DNA from: Terriglobia bacterium
Lineage (GTDB): Bacteria; Acidobacteriota; Terriglobia; Bryobacterales; UBA6623
DNA length: 64,000 bases
NCBI GenBank assembly: GCA_009841225.1
Contig: VXMF01000002.1
Location: 65,426 to 129,425 of the forward strand
Reading direction: 5' to 3'
Every line of letters starts with the position of its first letter. Position 1 is the first letter of the stretch. A program made the translations under genes and the position numbers. The notes under the pieces are model-generated. The model ran no database searches. It worked only from the letters and a program-made list of their open reading frames with translations, and had not been told where the DNA came from. This document shows, in pieces, positions 54,804 through 64,000 of this stretch.

Positions 54804-56216
54804 TCAATCGCGCAGAGCAGTGTCGATCCACGGCTCACGCGTCTCGTCGGGCCATCCGGCCTGCGGGTCTCGCGCTCCGCGCCCGCCGCGGCCCTTCTTC
54901 GCCTTGGGCGCCCCTTTCGTTGGCGCGCCGGGCCGCGGGCCGGGGGCCTGGACATCCTGGCTCACAGACGGCGGTCGTGGTATCGAGCGCATTCGTGCCA
55001 GCAACTCGGCTGCAAGATCGGGTTTGACCTCGATCAGATCGTGCTCCTCGCTGGGGTCGTCCTCGATCCGGTAAAGATGCATCGTCGTTTGATTTGAATT
55101 GCGGGGGGTAAATTCGACTAGTTTCCAGCCGTCGCGAAAGATCGCGTAGTTGCCATCCACGCCGATTACCGTCTCACCGCGGGCAACCTCCGTTCCGTCC
55201 TTTAGCGCTGGCCACATGTCCACTCCATCGAACGGCTTGACGTTCTGGGGCTCGACCCCGACTGCCGACGTGAGCGTCTGGAACCAATCGTGCGCGCTGA
55301 ACTGCTGCTTGAGCTTGCTTCCGGAGGTCAGGACGCCATTCCACCGAACCACTCCCGGCACTCGGATGCCACCCTCGAACGTGCTGCCCTTGCCGCCCCG
55401 GAACGGTTCATTGCTCGCTCCGGCACGGATCCCGCCGCCGTTGTCGCTGACCCAGACCACCAGCGTGTCGTCGGCGATGCCCTCCGTCTCCAAAGCCGCC
55501 AGAACCTCTCCCACGCCATCGTCCATGGCGCTCACCATCGCTGCGAACAGCTTCCTGTTGCCGTCAACGTTGGGATAGCGCTTCAAGTAGGTTTCTGTGG
55601 CCTGCAGCGGAGTGTGAGGGGCGTTGAAGGCCACGTACAGGAACATCGGCTTGGACTTGTCTCGGGTCCTGAGCTGGTCAAGCGCCTCAGACGTGATCAG
55701 TTCCGTTGAGTACCCCTCTTCGCGCAGCACATCCCCGTTGCGGTGCCAGTCCAGACCGCCAAGCCAGCGGTGATTGAAGTAGTCAACGGCGGCCCCAAGG
55801 TGCCCATAGGACCGGTCGAATCCTCGACGATACGGGTGGGACGCGATCCTTTCGATCCCCAAGTGCCATTTGCCGGCCATGAATGTCTGGTACCCGGAGG
55901 CGCGCAATGTCTGCGGCAACAGGTGCTCGTCCAGGGGCAAGCCGCCATTTGGGCCGATCGGACTGTCGATGCCCTGCCGGATGGGGGAACGCCCTGTCAT
56001 CAGCGCCACCCTGGTCGGGCTGCAGAGAGGGAACGCATAGTAGCGATCCAACTCGACGCCTTGCTCGACCAGCGCATCGATGTTCGGCGTCTTGATCTCG
56101 CTGCCGTGATAGCCGACATCGTTCCAGCCGAGGTCGTCCGCCATCATGAAGACGATATTCGGTGTCGCGCTGGCCACAGCAGGCAGCAACAGGAAGAAAA
56201 CAGTTCGGACCAACAT
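54804..56216 (-). CDS. Arylsulfatase (S1 family, Cys-type)
   Basis: MLVRTVFFLLLPAVASA leader. NIVFMMADDLGWNDVGYHG, CSPTRVALMTGRSP, GKWHLG, VSDNGG. Confidence 0.9.
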   Translation of the reverse strand: MLVRTVFFLLLPAVASATPNIVFMMADDLGWNDVGYHGSEIKTPNIDALVEQGVELDRYYAFPLCSPTRVALMTGRSPIRQGIDSPIGPNGGLPLDEHLLPQTLRASGYQTFMAGKWHLGIERIASHPYRRGFDRSYGHLGAAVDYFNHRWLGGLDWHRNGDVLREEGYSTELITSEALDQLRTRDKSKPMFLYVAFNAPHTPLQATETYLKRYPNVDGNRKLFAAMVSAMDDGVGEVLAALETEGIADDTLVVWVSDNGGGIRAGASNEPFRGGKGSTFEGGIRVPGVVRWNGVLTSGSKLKQQFSAHDWFQTLTSAVGVEPQNVKPFDGVDMWPALKDGTEVARGETVIGVDGNYAIFRDGWKLVEFTPRNSNQTTMHLYRIEDDPSEEHDLIEVKPDLAAELLARMRSIPRPPSVSQDVQAPGPRPGAPTKGAPKAKKGRGGRGARDPQAGWPDETREPWIDTALRD

Positions 56217-56461
56217 GGGCGTCTCGCGGGACTGGAATGTAAGACCGCCCAGCCGCCGGGCGGAATGCCTATCCAGCATAGAACGTCAACGAACCGCGGC
56301 AGTCGGAAATCACGGTCGATGCTGATCCGACCACGCCGAAGCGTGAATCAGACACCGACTGTCCGTCGCCAGGCCGACATGGCCATGCTGGAGCCGCTCG
56401 CGCCTGTCGGCGTGGCATGAGCGGGGAGGAGCTTCCGGTCCACCTCAGACGGCTCGACGGA

Positions 56462-57868
56462 TCAGTCTCGTGACGCTCGTTCCGCAAACGGCGGCCGGCT
56501 CTCGGGTCGCTGCGCTGGGTGCGGGTTTCCGGGCAGGCCGTTTCCGGGAGGCGGCCTGCGCCTGCCATTGGGCAACCGCTCGTCCCCCGGAGCCGGACCG
56601 CTGATGTTCTCGCCAAGCGAGAAGCTGTCCAGATGCCCGGCGAGGCGCTCGAACGCTGCCGGCTCGCTCGGCGCGAGGTCGCGGCTTTCTCCTGGATCAT
56701 CGAGAATCCGATACAGCGTCCGCTCGCTGCGGCCCTCCGGGAGCGGGCGGTGGACAAGCTTCCACGGTCCGTTGAAGACCGCGAACCATCCGGTGGCGCC
56801 GATCACCACTGTGCGGTCACCAAGCGGCTCGCGGTCCCGGATCGTCGACCACACACTCTGCCCATAGAAAGGCTTCTGGTTCATCCCTGTGACGCCTGTG
56901 GCTTCCAACAGTGTTGGAAACCAGTCATGCACCGTGATCAGGTCGTCGATCACTGCCCCGCCTTCCACTTCGCCAGGCCAGTGAACGGCCGCGGGAGTCC
57001 GAATGCCACCCTCCCAAGTCTGGGTCTTTTCGCCCTTGAGCGGACTGTTGTCGGCCCCGCCATCCGTTGCGAGCAGACCGCCGTTGTCACTGATGAAGAC
57101 TACGATCGTGTCCCGCGCGATACCTTCGGACTCGAGCGTGCCGAGGATTCGGCCGATTGCCGTGTCCATGCAGTCAACCATCGCCGCGAACACCCTGCGA
57201 CTCTCCTTATCGATGTGCGCGTACTTGTCGACATACTCCTGCGGTGCTTGTAGCGGTGTGTGCGGGGCGTTGAACGCCACCCAGAGCAAGAACGGCCGCT
57301 CAGGATCGCGGGCGAGGATTGCCCGGATTGCTTCATTGCCGATGAGCGAAGTCGAGTAGCCTTCGTCCCGAGCGGATCTTCCGTTCCGCTGCCAGTCATA
57401 TGAGCCAGCGATGGTGTGCTGGAAATAGTCGAGCCCGGGTCCGGTGTGGCCGTAGAACGTGTCGAAGCCGCGATTGTGCGCGAAGTACTTTACGTGCGCA
57501 TTGCCGAGGTGCCACTTGCCTGTAGCGAACGTTTGGTAGCCGGCGGCGGCGAACGATTGGGGAAGAATATGCTCGTCTGTCGGCAGTCCGCGGGGGTGAT
57601 TCGGATTGAAGGGGCCGTGAACCCCGATCTCCAGCGGTGAACGGCCTGTCATGAGCGCGGCGCGCGTCGGAGAACACCACGGATACGCGTAGTGGCGCTC
57701 CAAGCGCACTCCCGACTCCGCGATGGCGTCAATGTTCGGCGTCTGGATTTCGCTGCCGTGGTAGCCCACGTCATTCCAGCCGAGGTCGTCGGCTACGAGG
57801 AAGACGACGTTGGGACTGGCGCTGGCCAAGACTGGAAGCGCCAACAAGAGAACGATTCGAATTGACAT
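56462..57868 (-). CDS. Arylsulfatase (S1 family, Cys-type), tandem paralog of the preceding gene
   Basis: NVVFLVADDLGWNDVGYHG, CSPTRAALMTGRSP, GKWHLG, ISDNGG. Confidence 0.9.
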   Translation of the reverse strand: MSIRIVLLLALPVLASASPNVVFLVADDLGWNDVGYHGSEIQTPNIDAIAESGVRLERHYAYPWCSPTRAALMTGRSPLEIGVHGPFNPNHPRGLPTDEHILPQSFAAAGYQTFATGKWHLGNAHVKYFAHNRGFDTFYGHTGPGLDYFQHTIAGSYDWQRNGRSARDEGYSTSLIGNEAIRAILARDPERPFLLWVAFNAPHTPLQAPQEYVDKYAHIDKESRRVFAAMVDCMDTAIGRILGTLESEGIARDTIVVFISDNGGLLATDGGADNSPLKGEKTQTWEGGIRTPAAVHWPGEVEGGAVIDDLITVHDWFPTLLEATGVTGMNQKPFYGQSVWSTIRDREPLGDRTVVIGATGWFAVFNGPWKLVHRPLPEGRSERTLYRILDDPGESRDLAPSEPAAFERLAGHLDSFSLGENISGPAPGDERLPNGRRRPPPGNGLPGNPHPAQRPESRPPFAERASRD

Positions 57869-58061
57869 TGAGAGGCCGTGGTCGGGGTGCTAACCGCCGA
57901 AAGATCGGGCTCTGAACAGCATAGGATACTGTGCAGCGCCCAAAGATCGGCGACAGCCGCGAGCGGATGGTGGGCCAGCAACTTTTCCGGCATCCAAGCG
58001 CGGTCTCTAGAAACCGGCGCACGTACCAACTCGCGATCCGACCATTGGGCCGGGCAGCCCC

Positions 58062-59006
58062 TTGCGGAACTTCTTTAGGTTGCCTGCCGCTAACTCTTGT
58101 TCTCGCGATTCAGCTGTTCGCTCGCGGCTCTCCGAAAGATTGGCGGGACAGCAGCATCGGTTGCATACACTAGGCGAAGTGGACCCCATTGCTGACAGAC
58201 CTCGGACACGAGGACTTCGGTCTAAACTGCACCGCATCATCTACGGCGTGGGCACGCCCGCAGGGAAGGCCTTTGACGTCGGGCTCTTGGTGGCGATCCT
58301 CCTCAGCGTCACCTGCGTCCTGCTCGAGAGTGTCCCGGAGATCAACGCAGAGTACGGCCTGCCTCTTCGGATAGCCGAATGGTGCTTCACGGTCATCTTC
58401 ACGATCGAATATGTGCTGAGGCTATGGACGGTCGCTCATGCGCGCTCATATGCCTTCAGCTTTCTCGGCATCGTCGACCTGCTCGCGATCCTTCCTACCT
58501 ACCTGAGTGCGTTCTTCTCCGGCCCCCAGTCCTTGGCGGTCGTGCGCGGAATCCGCCTCTTGCGGGTGTTCCGCGTGTTCAAGCTGGTGCGGTTTGTTCG
58601 AGAGGGATCGCAGCTTGCCGACGCGCTCTACGCCAGCCGCCGGAAGATCGCAGTCTTTGTTGCCGGCGTGGTTTGCATCGCCGTGCTCTTCGGCACTGTG
58701 ATGTATCTGATCGAAGACGACGAGTCGGGCTTTACGAGTATTCCGACCAGCATCTATTGGGCCATCGTGACCATGACTACGGTCGGCTACGGTGACGTGG
58801 CACCCAGCACCACCTTGGGGCGTCTGGTGTCCGGAATTCTCATGATTCTTGGGTATTCGATGATCGTGGTCCCTACAGGGATCGTGTCTGCCGAAATGGC
58901 CCGTGCGGACATCACCGCTAAGCGCGGGCGAGTCTGCGGCAGCTGTGGCGCCACCGGGCACGCCGAGGATGCAATGTACTGCCGGGTCTGCGGCGACAAA
59001 CTCTAG
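58062..59006 (+). CDS. Voltage-gated-type potassium channel (6TM, Ion_trans) with a C-terminal zinc-ribbon
   Basis: The S4 helix is VVRGIRLLRVFRVFKLVRFVR. The selectivity filter is TMTTVGYGD. The C-terminus is CGSCG..x12..CRVCG. The exact start is uncertain. Confidence 0.85.
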   Translation: MRNFFRLPAANSCSRDSAVRSRLSERLAGQQHRLHTLGEVDPIADRPRTRGLRSKLHRIIYGVGTPAGKAFDVGLLVAILLSVTCVLLESVPEINAEYGLPLRIAEWCFTVIFTIEYVLRLWTVAHARSYAFSFLGIVDLLAILPTYLSAFFSGPQSLAVVRGIRLLRVFRVFKLVRFVREGSQLADALYASRRKIAVFVAGVVCIAVLFGTVMYLIEDDESGFTSIPTSIYWAIVTMTTVGYGDVAPSTTLGRLVSGILMILGYSMIVVPTGIVSAEMARADITAKRGRVCGSCGATGHAEDAMYCRVCGDKL

Positions 59007-59167
59007 CTGCGAGATGGCGACCTCCGCGATCTATCGCTCAGGTGTCGCAGAATTGTGGCCAACCAGCCCGAGTGCCGGCAGGTGCCGTCCACGAAGCCTT
59101 CGTTCGACAGGGCAGCGCCGTCGCCTCAGCGCATGGCACGGGGGAATGCTACGTGCCACGATCGCAA

Positions 59168-60325
59168 TCAGCCATTCTTGACGACCTCTTGGAGTGGAAC
59201 GGCGTGCACGTCCTCGGCCAACGGGTAGGTTTCCTTGCCTGCGTGGATGACGTCAATGCGGCGAAGCCCCAAGTCTCGCAATGCTGTCTTCATGGACGGG
59301 CTCAGCCGGGGAGCCGAAGAGAGCTTGATTTCGAAGCCGCGCAAAGAGTCCCCCTCGTCGACCACCAAATCGATTTCAGCTCCCGTGTGTGTCCGCCAGT
59401 AGTAGCATTGGCGGTCCTGGAGGCTCAGCGCCCGGATCACGTTCTCAAGGACAAAGCCCTCCCATGACGCACCTACCTTGGGATGGCGGTCAAGCGCGTC
59501 TCGGTTGCGCAAGCCGAGAAAGCGATGCATGACGCCAGAATCCCGCAAATAGACCTTGGGTGCCTTCACTTGGCGCTTCTTGATGTTCGCGGTCCATGGT
59601 TTCAAACTCCTGACCATGAACGTAGACACCAGAACGTCGAGGTAGCTACGTACCGTGTGGCCGGAGACTCCGAACGCTCGCGCGATTTCCGAACCGTTCC
59701 AGACTTGACCGTGGTAATGGGCGAGCATTGACCAAAACCTGTCCAGGGTCGCGCTCGGCAAATTGATCCCGAGCTGGGGAATATCACGCTCCAAGAACGT
59801 CCGAACGAAGTCCCCTCGCCATTCGAAGCTCTCCTCGTCTCCTTGCGCTGTAAACGACCGCGGGAACCCGCCTCGAAGCCATAGCATGTCTGTCTCTTGC
59901 GGCGAGACTTCGCTCAATGAGATTCCAGGCAATTCATGAAACGCCACCCGCCCGGCCAAGCTCTCCGAACTCTGCCGAAGCAAGCGTGGGGACGCGCTGC
60001 CAAGAACTAAGAACTGGGCCGGACGCGGCAAGCGATCAGCCAACACGCGCAAGACCGGAAAGATCTCCGGAAGTCTCTGGACTTCGTCGAGCACGACCAA
60101 ACCCTTCAGCGGCTCCAAGGCGAGCATCGCATCCGCCAGTCGGGTGCGGTCGATCGGTGACTCTAGGTCGAAGAAGTGGACTGGTCCTTCCCGTCGCCTC
60201 GCGAGAATCCGAGCCAGAGTCGTCTTGCCAACTTGTCGCGCCCCGATCATGGTGACAACCGGATTGCGGCTCAGCAGCGACTCAACCCTGTGCAAATGGC
60301 GAGCGCGCTCGATCATGAGTCGCAT
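59168..60325 (-). CDS. AAA+ ATPase (AAA_14) with DUF4143 C-terminal domain
   Basis: Walker A is MIGARQVGKTTL. Walker B is LVVLDEVQ. The DUF4143-like portion is ..SYLDVLVSTFMVRSLKPW..KAPKVYLRDSG... The start is at ATG 60325 or 60316. The ORF extends to 60469. Confidence 0.85.
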   Translation of the reverse strand: MRLMIERARHLHRVESLLSRNPVVTMIGARQVGKTTLARILARRREGPVHFFDLESPIDRTRLADAMLALEPLKGLVVLDEVQRLPEIFPVLRVLADRLPRPAQFLVLGSASPRLLRQSSESLAGRVAFHELPGISLSEVSPQETDMLWLRGGFPRSFTAQGDEESFEWRGDFVRTFLERDIPQLGINLPSATLDRFWSMLAHYHGQVWNGSEIARAFGVSGHTVRSYLDVLVSTFMVRSLKPWTANIKKRQVKAPKVYLRDSGVMHRFLGLRNRDALDRHPKVGASWEGFVLENVIRALSLQDRQCYYWRTHTGAEIDLVVDEGDSLRGFEIKLSSAPRLSPSMKTALRDLGLRRIDVIHAGKETYPLAEDVHAVPLQEVVKNG

Positions 60326-60769
60326 TTTACTACGAAAATTCGAAGTCTGGGTTCGAGATTTCTTAGTCCAAGCCGCAAATCTTATTGAGCTAGGCGATTT
60401 CGAGGCGACCGCGACACCGGCGGGCGCAGCACCAGGCTGCGTTGGCAGTGACGCCCTGCGAGCAATCACGGCCGCCTACCGATCCGTTCCGACACTTACG
60501 GGCCGCTCGCGTGCCGCTATCGCGGGTTCCTTCACCTCCTCGATCGCAATCCAATCCCGAGGACCAATCGCTTTGCGAGGATCGCCCCTCCTCCAGGCGC
60601 GCGTTTCCGCGAAGCGCCGAGCAGCGCGGACCACGCGACGTCAGGCCGGTCGGAGACTCCAGCGCCGTTCCTGTACGATTCAGTGCTGGGCAACCAGATG
60701 TGCTGCAGACACTCCTGCGGCTATCATGGCGTAGGTGCCCGCGCTGACAGGGCCGAGTGCCGACGACGA

Positions 60770-62587
60770 ATGCTGGTGCGCTACCTCAAGACCATGAGCC
60801 CTCGGGCGAGTTTCGTATGGGCCGCAACGTTGGCACTGTCGACAAGCGGATTCGGCGCTGACCACAAGTTCCCGCAGTCTTCCCCGCCACGCAATGACAT
60901 TCGTGTTGAGAACCGCGTCCCGATCCCGATGCGTGATGGGGTCGTCCTCTACGCCGACATATACCGACCCGTGGGCGAAGCCAAGCACCCGGTGATCGTC
61001 TCGCGAACTCCCTACTCAACCGAACGGGCGCCTTCCGCCTATGCGGCCGCGGTCTACTTTTCTCGGCGCGGGTATGCCTACGTGTTTCAAGATGTGCGCG
61101 GCAGGCACGAGTCCGAGGGTCGCTGGGAGCCGTTCCGAGACGACTTCAACGATGGCTACGACACCATCGAGTGGGCCGGGGTCCAGCCGTGGTCGAACGG
61201 CAAGGTGGGCATGGAGGGCGGATCCTATCTCGGCCACGTGCAGTGGCGGGCGGCCCAAGCGAGACCGCCGCACCTGGTGACGATCTTCCCGCGGGTTGCT
61301 TCCACGAGCATCTACCACGACTGGATCACGGTCAACGGCGGCTGGCGGCTGGCATTCAACTTCGGCTGGGGGCCAGTCCGTCAAGAATCCCGGATCATGC
61401 AGAATCCCGGCCCGCATACCATGGCAGGCGGCCCCGACGCGATTTCGTACAACGACGTCGTCTGGCACCTGCCGCTGAACGAGATGCAGGGACTGGTGGG
61501 TCGCAACGCCCAGTTCTACAAGGACTGGTTAGCCCACCCAGACTACGACGACTACTGGCGGAGCCTGAACGTCGAGGAACACTTCGACCAGATCGAGGTG
61601 CCAGTCCACACCATGGGCGGGTTCTTCGACATCTTCGCGCAAGGCACGTTGCGCGGGTACGCGGGCGTCAGCGCCGGGGGCGCTACCGCGGAGGCGCGCA
61701 CCGGGAGCAACATGGTCATCGGACCTTGGGAGCACGGAGTCTCCCAAACGGTGGGCGGGATGGACTGGGGCGAGGCGGCCGTGGTCGACACCAATGCCCT
61801 GGCCCTGCGCTGGTTCGACTACTGGCTCAAGGGGGTGGACAACGGTCTGGCAGACGAACCGCCCGTCAAGGTCTTCGTGATGGGGCGCAACCAGTGGCGC
61901 TACGAGTCCGAATACCCGCTGAAGCGGACCAGGTACACGCCGCTCTACCTCGATAGCGATGGCAATGCCAACGGCTCCCACGGCGACGGCATCCTGTCTT
62001 GGAGCAAGCCCGCAGGAGAGTCATCGGCGGACAGCTATCGCTACGATCCGGCGAATCCCGTGCCCAGCTTGGGGGGCGCGAATTGCTGCGGCGTAGCCAC
62101 GACGTCGGGGGCGCAAGACCAGCGTCCGATCGAACACCGTTCAGACGTGCTGGTCTACACCTCAGAGGTCCTAGCAAGCCCGGTAGAGGTGTTGGGTCCC
62201 TTGAAATTGGTTCTCTACGCTTCCTCCAGCGCCGTGGACACGGACTTCGTGGCCAAGCTGGTGGACGTGTACCCAGACGGTCGATCGATCAACGTGGCGG
62301 AGGGAATCCTGCGCACCCGCCACCGAGATGGTCTGACCAAGCAGGTCCTGATGAAACCCGGGGAGATTTACCCGCTCGAGCTGGACATGGTCGGGACGGC
62401 AAACCTCTTCCAACCAGGGCACCGCATCCGAGTCCACGTCACGAGCAGCCACTTCCCGCAATTCGCTCGGAATTTGAACAACGGCGAGCCTTACGGCACC
62501 AGCGCTGAAGCGGTTGTGGCAGAGCAGACGATCTACCACTCCAGCAGCCGGGCGTCACACATCTTGCTCCCAGTAATCGAAGACTAG
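60770..62587 (+). CDS. CocE/NonD family hydrolase (S15 X-Pro dipeptidyl-peptidase-like)
   Basis: IPMRDGVVLYADIYRP.., RTPY.., YVFQDVRGRHESEG.., GGSYLG (nucleophile), and a C-terminal PepX_C-like beta-sandwich ..HRIRVHVTSSHFPQF... Alternative starts are 60683 and 60794. Confidence 0.9.
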   Translation: MLVRYLKTMSPRASFVWAATLALSTSGFGADHKFPQSSPPRNDIRVENRVPIPMRDGVVLYADIYRPVGEAKHPVIVSRTPYSTERAPSAYAAAVYFSRRGYAYVFQDVRGRHESEGRWEPFRDDFNDGYDTIEWAGVQPWSNGKVGMEGGSYLGHVQWRAAQARPPHLVTIFPRVASTSIYHDWITVNGGWRLAFNFGWGPVRQESRIMQNPGPHTMAGGPDAISYNDVVWHLPLNEMQGLVGRNAQFYKDWLAHPDYDDYWRSLNVEEHFDQIEVPVHTMGGFFDIFAQGTLRGYAGVSAGGATAEARTGSNMVIGPWEHGVSQTVGGMDWGEAAVVDTNALALRWFDYWLKGVDNGLADEPPVKVFVMGRNQWRYESEYPLKRTRYTPLYLDSDGNANGSHGDGILSWSKPAGESSADSYRYDPANPVPSLGGANCCGVATTSGAQDQRPIEHRSDVLVYTSEVLASPVEVLGPLKLVLYASSSAVDTDFVAKLVDVYPDGRSINVAEGILRTRHRDGLTKQVLMKPGEIYPLELDMVGTANLFQPGHRIRVHVTSSHFPQFARNLNNGEPYGTSAEAVVAEQTIYHSSSRASHILLPVIED

Positions 62588-62780
62588 GGCACTCGGGTTC
62601 CTGCTCTGCGCGCCCAGCCCCCGACACCGGATCGCCACTCTGGCGCATTGCTGCGACTGCTTGCCGAATGCACTAGCGCATCAGGGAGTATCAACGGATC
62701 CGTGCGCTCCGCCCGCTTGGACCGGAACAACGGAGCGACACGAACCAACTGCCGGGAGAGGTCGCTCCCCGAGCACCCGA

Positions 62781-64000
62781 TTAAGAAAGGATCTTGTGCA
62801 AGACCTCGCCCTCCACGTCGGTGAGCCGATAGCTCCGACCATTGTAGGTATACGTGAGGCGCTCGTGGTCCAACCCGAGCAAGTGGAGAATCGTGGCGTG
62901 GAAATCGTGCGCGGAAACCGGATCGACCGCCGCCTTGAATCCGATCTCGTCGGACTCGCCGTAAGACGTTCCTCCCCTGATGCCGCCACCCGCCATCCAA
63001 GCCGTAAAGCAGTGCGGATTGTGATCGCGTCCGGGCTTAGCGGTGCCGATCTGGGCGACCGGAAGTCGGCCGAACTCCCCGCCCCAAATCACCAAGGTGT
63101 CGTCCAGCATGCCGCGCTGCTCGAGGTCAGTGATCAGGGCCGCGAACGGCTGATCGGTTTCGCCAGCAAACTGCGAGTGGTTTCCGAGGATGTCGATGTG
63201 GCCGTCCCAGGCGAGCTGGTTTTGCATCCCGCCGGAGTAAATCTGGACGAATCTCACGTCCCGCTCCAGAAGCCGCCGGGCCATGATGCATTGGCGGGCC
63301 ATATGCCCGCAACGCTCGCTATGCAGGCCGTAGAGTTCCTGGATATGCGCGGGTTCGCTGTCCACGTCGAGGGCCTCCGGTGCCGCCGACTGCATCCGAT
63401 AGGCGAGTTCGAAGCTCTCGATTCGGGCTGCAAGTTCCTGGTCGAGCGGATTGCTTTCCAAGTCCCGGGAGTTGAGGCTTGCGATCAAGTCCAACTGCGA
63501 CCGCTGGTGGACGTCCGCCATCTCGGACGGGGGCGTCAGGTTCTGGATTGGAGCGCCCTTCGGGCGCAGCCACGTGCCTTGATATGCCCCAGGCAGGAAG
63601 CCCGCGCTCCAGTTGGAGGCGCTGCCCTTCGGCAGGCCGCGGTCCTTGGGATCCGACATCACCACGAACCCCGGCAGATCGCGGCTTTCGCTTCCCAGTC
63701 CATAGGTCACCCAGGACCCCAGGCTCGGAAAGCCCATCCGAGTCTGGCCACTGTTGATCATGAAGAGAGCCGGGGAATGGTTGTTCGAGCCCGGCAGGCC
63801 CGAATGGATGAATGCCATCCGGTCGACATGCTTCCCCAGGTGGGGGAAGATCTCGGACACAAGCTTGCCGCTCTGCCCCCGCGGCGTGAACTCGAACGGG
63901 GACTTTAGCAGCGCACCGACTTCCTTCGTGAAGAAGCCGGTGGACTTGTCGAAGCCCTCGAGTTCCTGGCCGTGGCGCTTTGTGAGTTCTGGCTTGTAGT
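62781..64000 (-). CDS. DUF1501 domain protein (sulfatase-fold), 5' end beyond window
   Basis: ..SEIFPHLGKHVDRMAFIHS.., GSWVTYGLGSE, LVIWGGEFGR, GRDHNP. The frame stays open upstream of the track's GTG 63860 (YKPELTKRHGQELEGFDKSTGFF..SPFEFTPRGQSGKL) up to the window edge. Confidence 0.85.
   Translation of the reverse strand, partial: YKPELTKRHGQELEGFDKSTGFFTKEVGALLKSPFEFTPRGQSGKLVSEIFPHLGKHVDRMAFIHSGLPGSNNHSPALFMINSGQTRMGFPSLGSWVTYGLGSESRDLPGFVVMSDPKDRGLPKGSASNWSAGFLPGAYQGTWLRPKGAPIQNLTPPSEMADVHQRSQLDLIASLNSRDLESNPLDQELAARIESFELAYRMQSAAPEALDVDSEPAHIQELYGLHSERCGHMARQCIMARRLLERDVRFVQIYSGGMQNQLAWDGHIDILGNHSQFAGETDQPFAALITDLEQRGMLDDTLVIWGGEFGRLPVAQIGTAKPGRDHNPHCFTAWMAGGGIRGGTSYGESDEIGFKAAVDPVSAHDFHATILHLLGLDHERLTYTYNGRSYRLTDVEGEVLHKILS

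Noticed and set aside
62661-63908. 415-aa plus-strand ORF
   Set aside because: It is antisense to the DUF1501 gene, which has unmistakable family motifs.
1-64000. CRISPR arrays, rRNA and tRNA genes
   Set aside because: No regularly spaced short direct repeats and no rRNA or tRNA signatures were seen. The only tandem repeat is the in-frame 54-bp coding repeat at 5101-5273.

Overview
High-GC (about 60%) bacterial chromosomal window. The gene content looks like an Acidobacteriota- or PVC-type polysaccharide degrader, but phylum assignment is inference only. Supporting genes: a CarboxypepD_reg-type TonB-dependent receptor, a CRTAC1/ASPIC-UnbV protein, five sulfatase-fold enzymes, DUF1592+DUF1552 and DUF1501 genes, LRR and NHL proteins, and GH51. 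Many of these carry Tat or lipoprotein leaders. Housekeeping anchors are scpA-scpB-rluB, panE, nadC and a clear tmRNA gene (ssrA, 22284-22636). Directly 3' of ssrA lies an accessory stretch of about 6 kb (22.6-28.7 kb) with visibly lower GC in its first half. It has two parts. (i) A compact three-gene operon of unknowns (22782-24691): a membrane-anchored coiled-coil protein, a small beta-rich protein, and a coiled-coil protein with a C-terminal HEPN-like R-x6-H helical domain. This is my best candidate for an undescribed abortive-infection or defence system. (ii) A well-formed 3.0 kb IS1595-family element (25530-28549) bounded by 43-45 bp inverted repeats. Behind a transposase whose first DDE aspartate reads Gly, it carries a DNA methyltransferase-HNH fusion and two small coupled ORFs. 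Other notable items: a hicBA locus whose toxin has an in-frame TAG, plus a second hicA relic. A sulfatase-fold protein with T-x-P-x-R in place of C/S-x-P-x-R. A translationally coupled pair of half-size EamA/DMT genes whose 3' end overlaps the Arg-rich tail of rluB. A tandem segmental duplication that left a nadC 3' relic and two paralogous small membrane proteins. AT-rich sigma70-like promoters in front of an Rpn-family nuclease and a class II Fic gene. No CRISPR array, rRNA or tRNA gene was found. All family calls come from motif recognition by eye; no searches were run.
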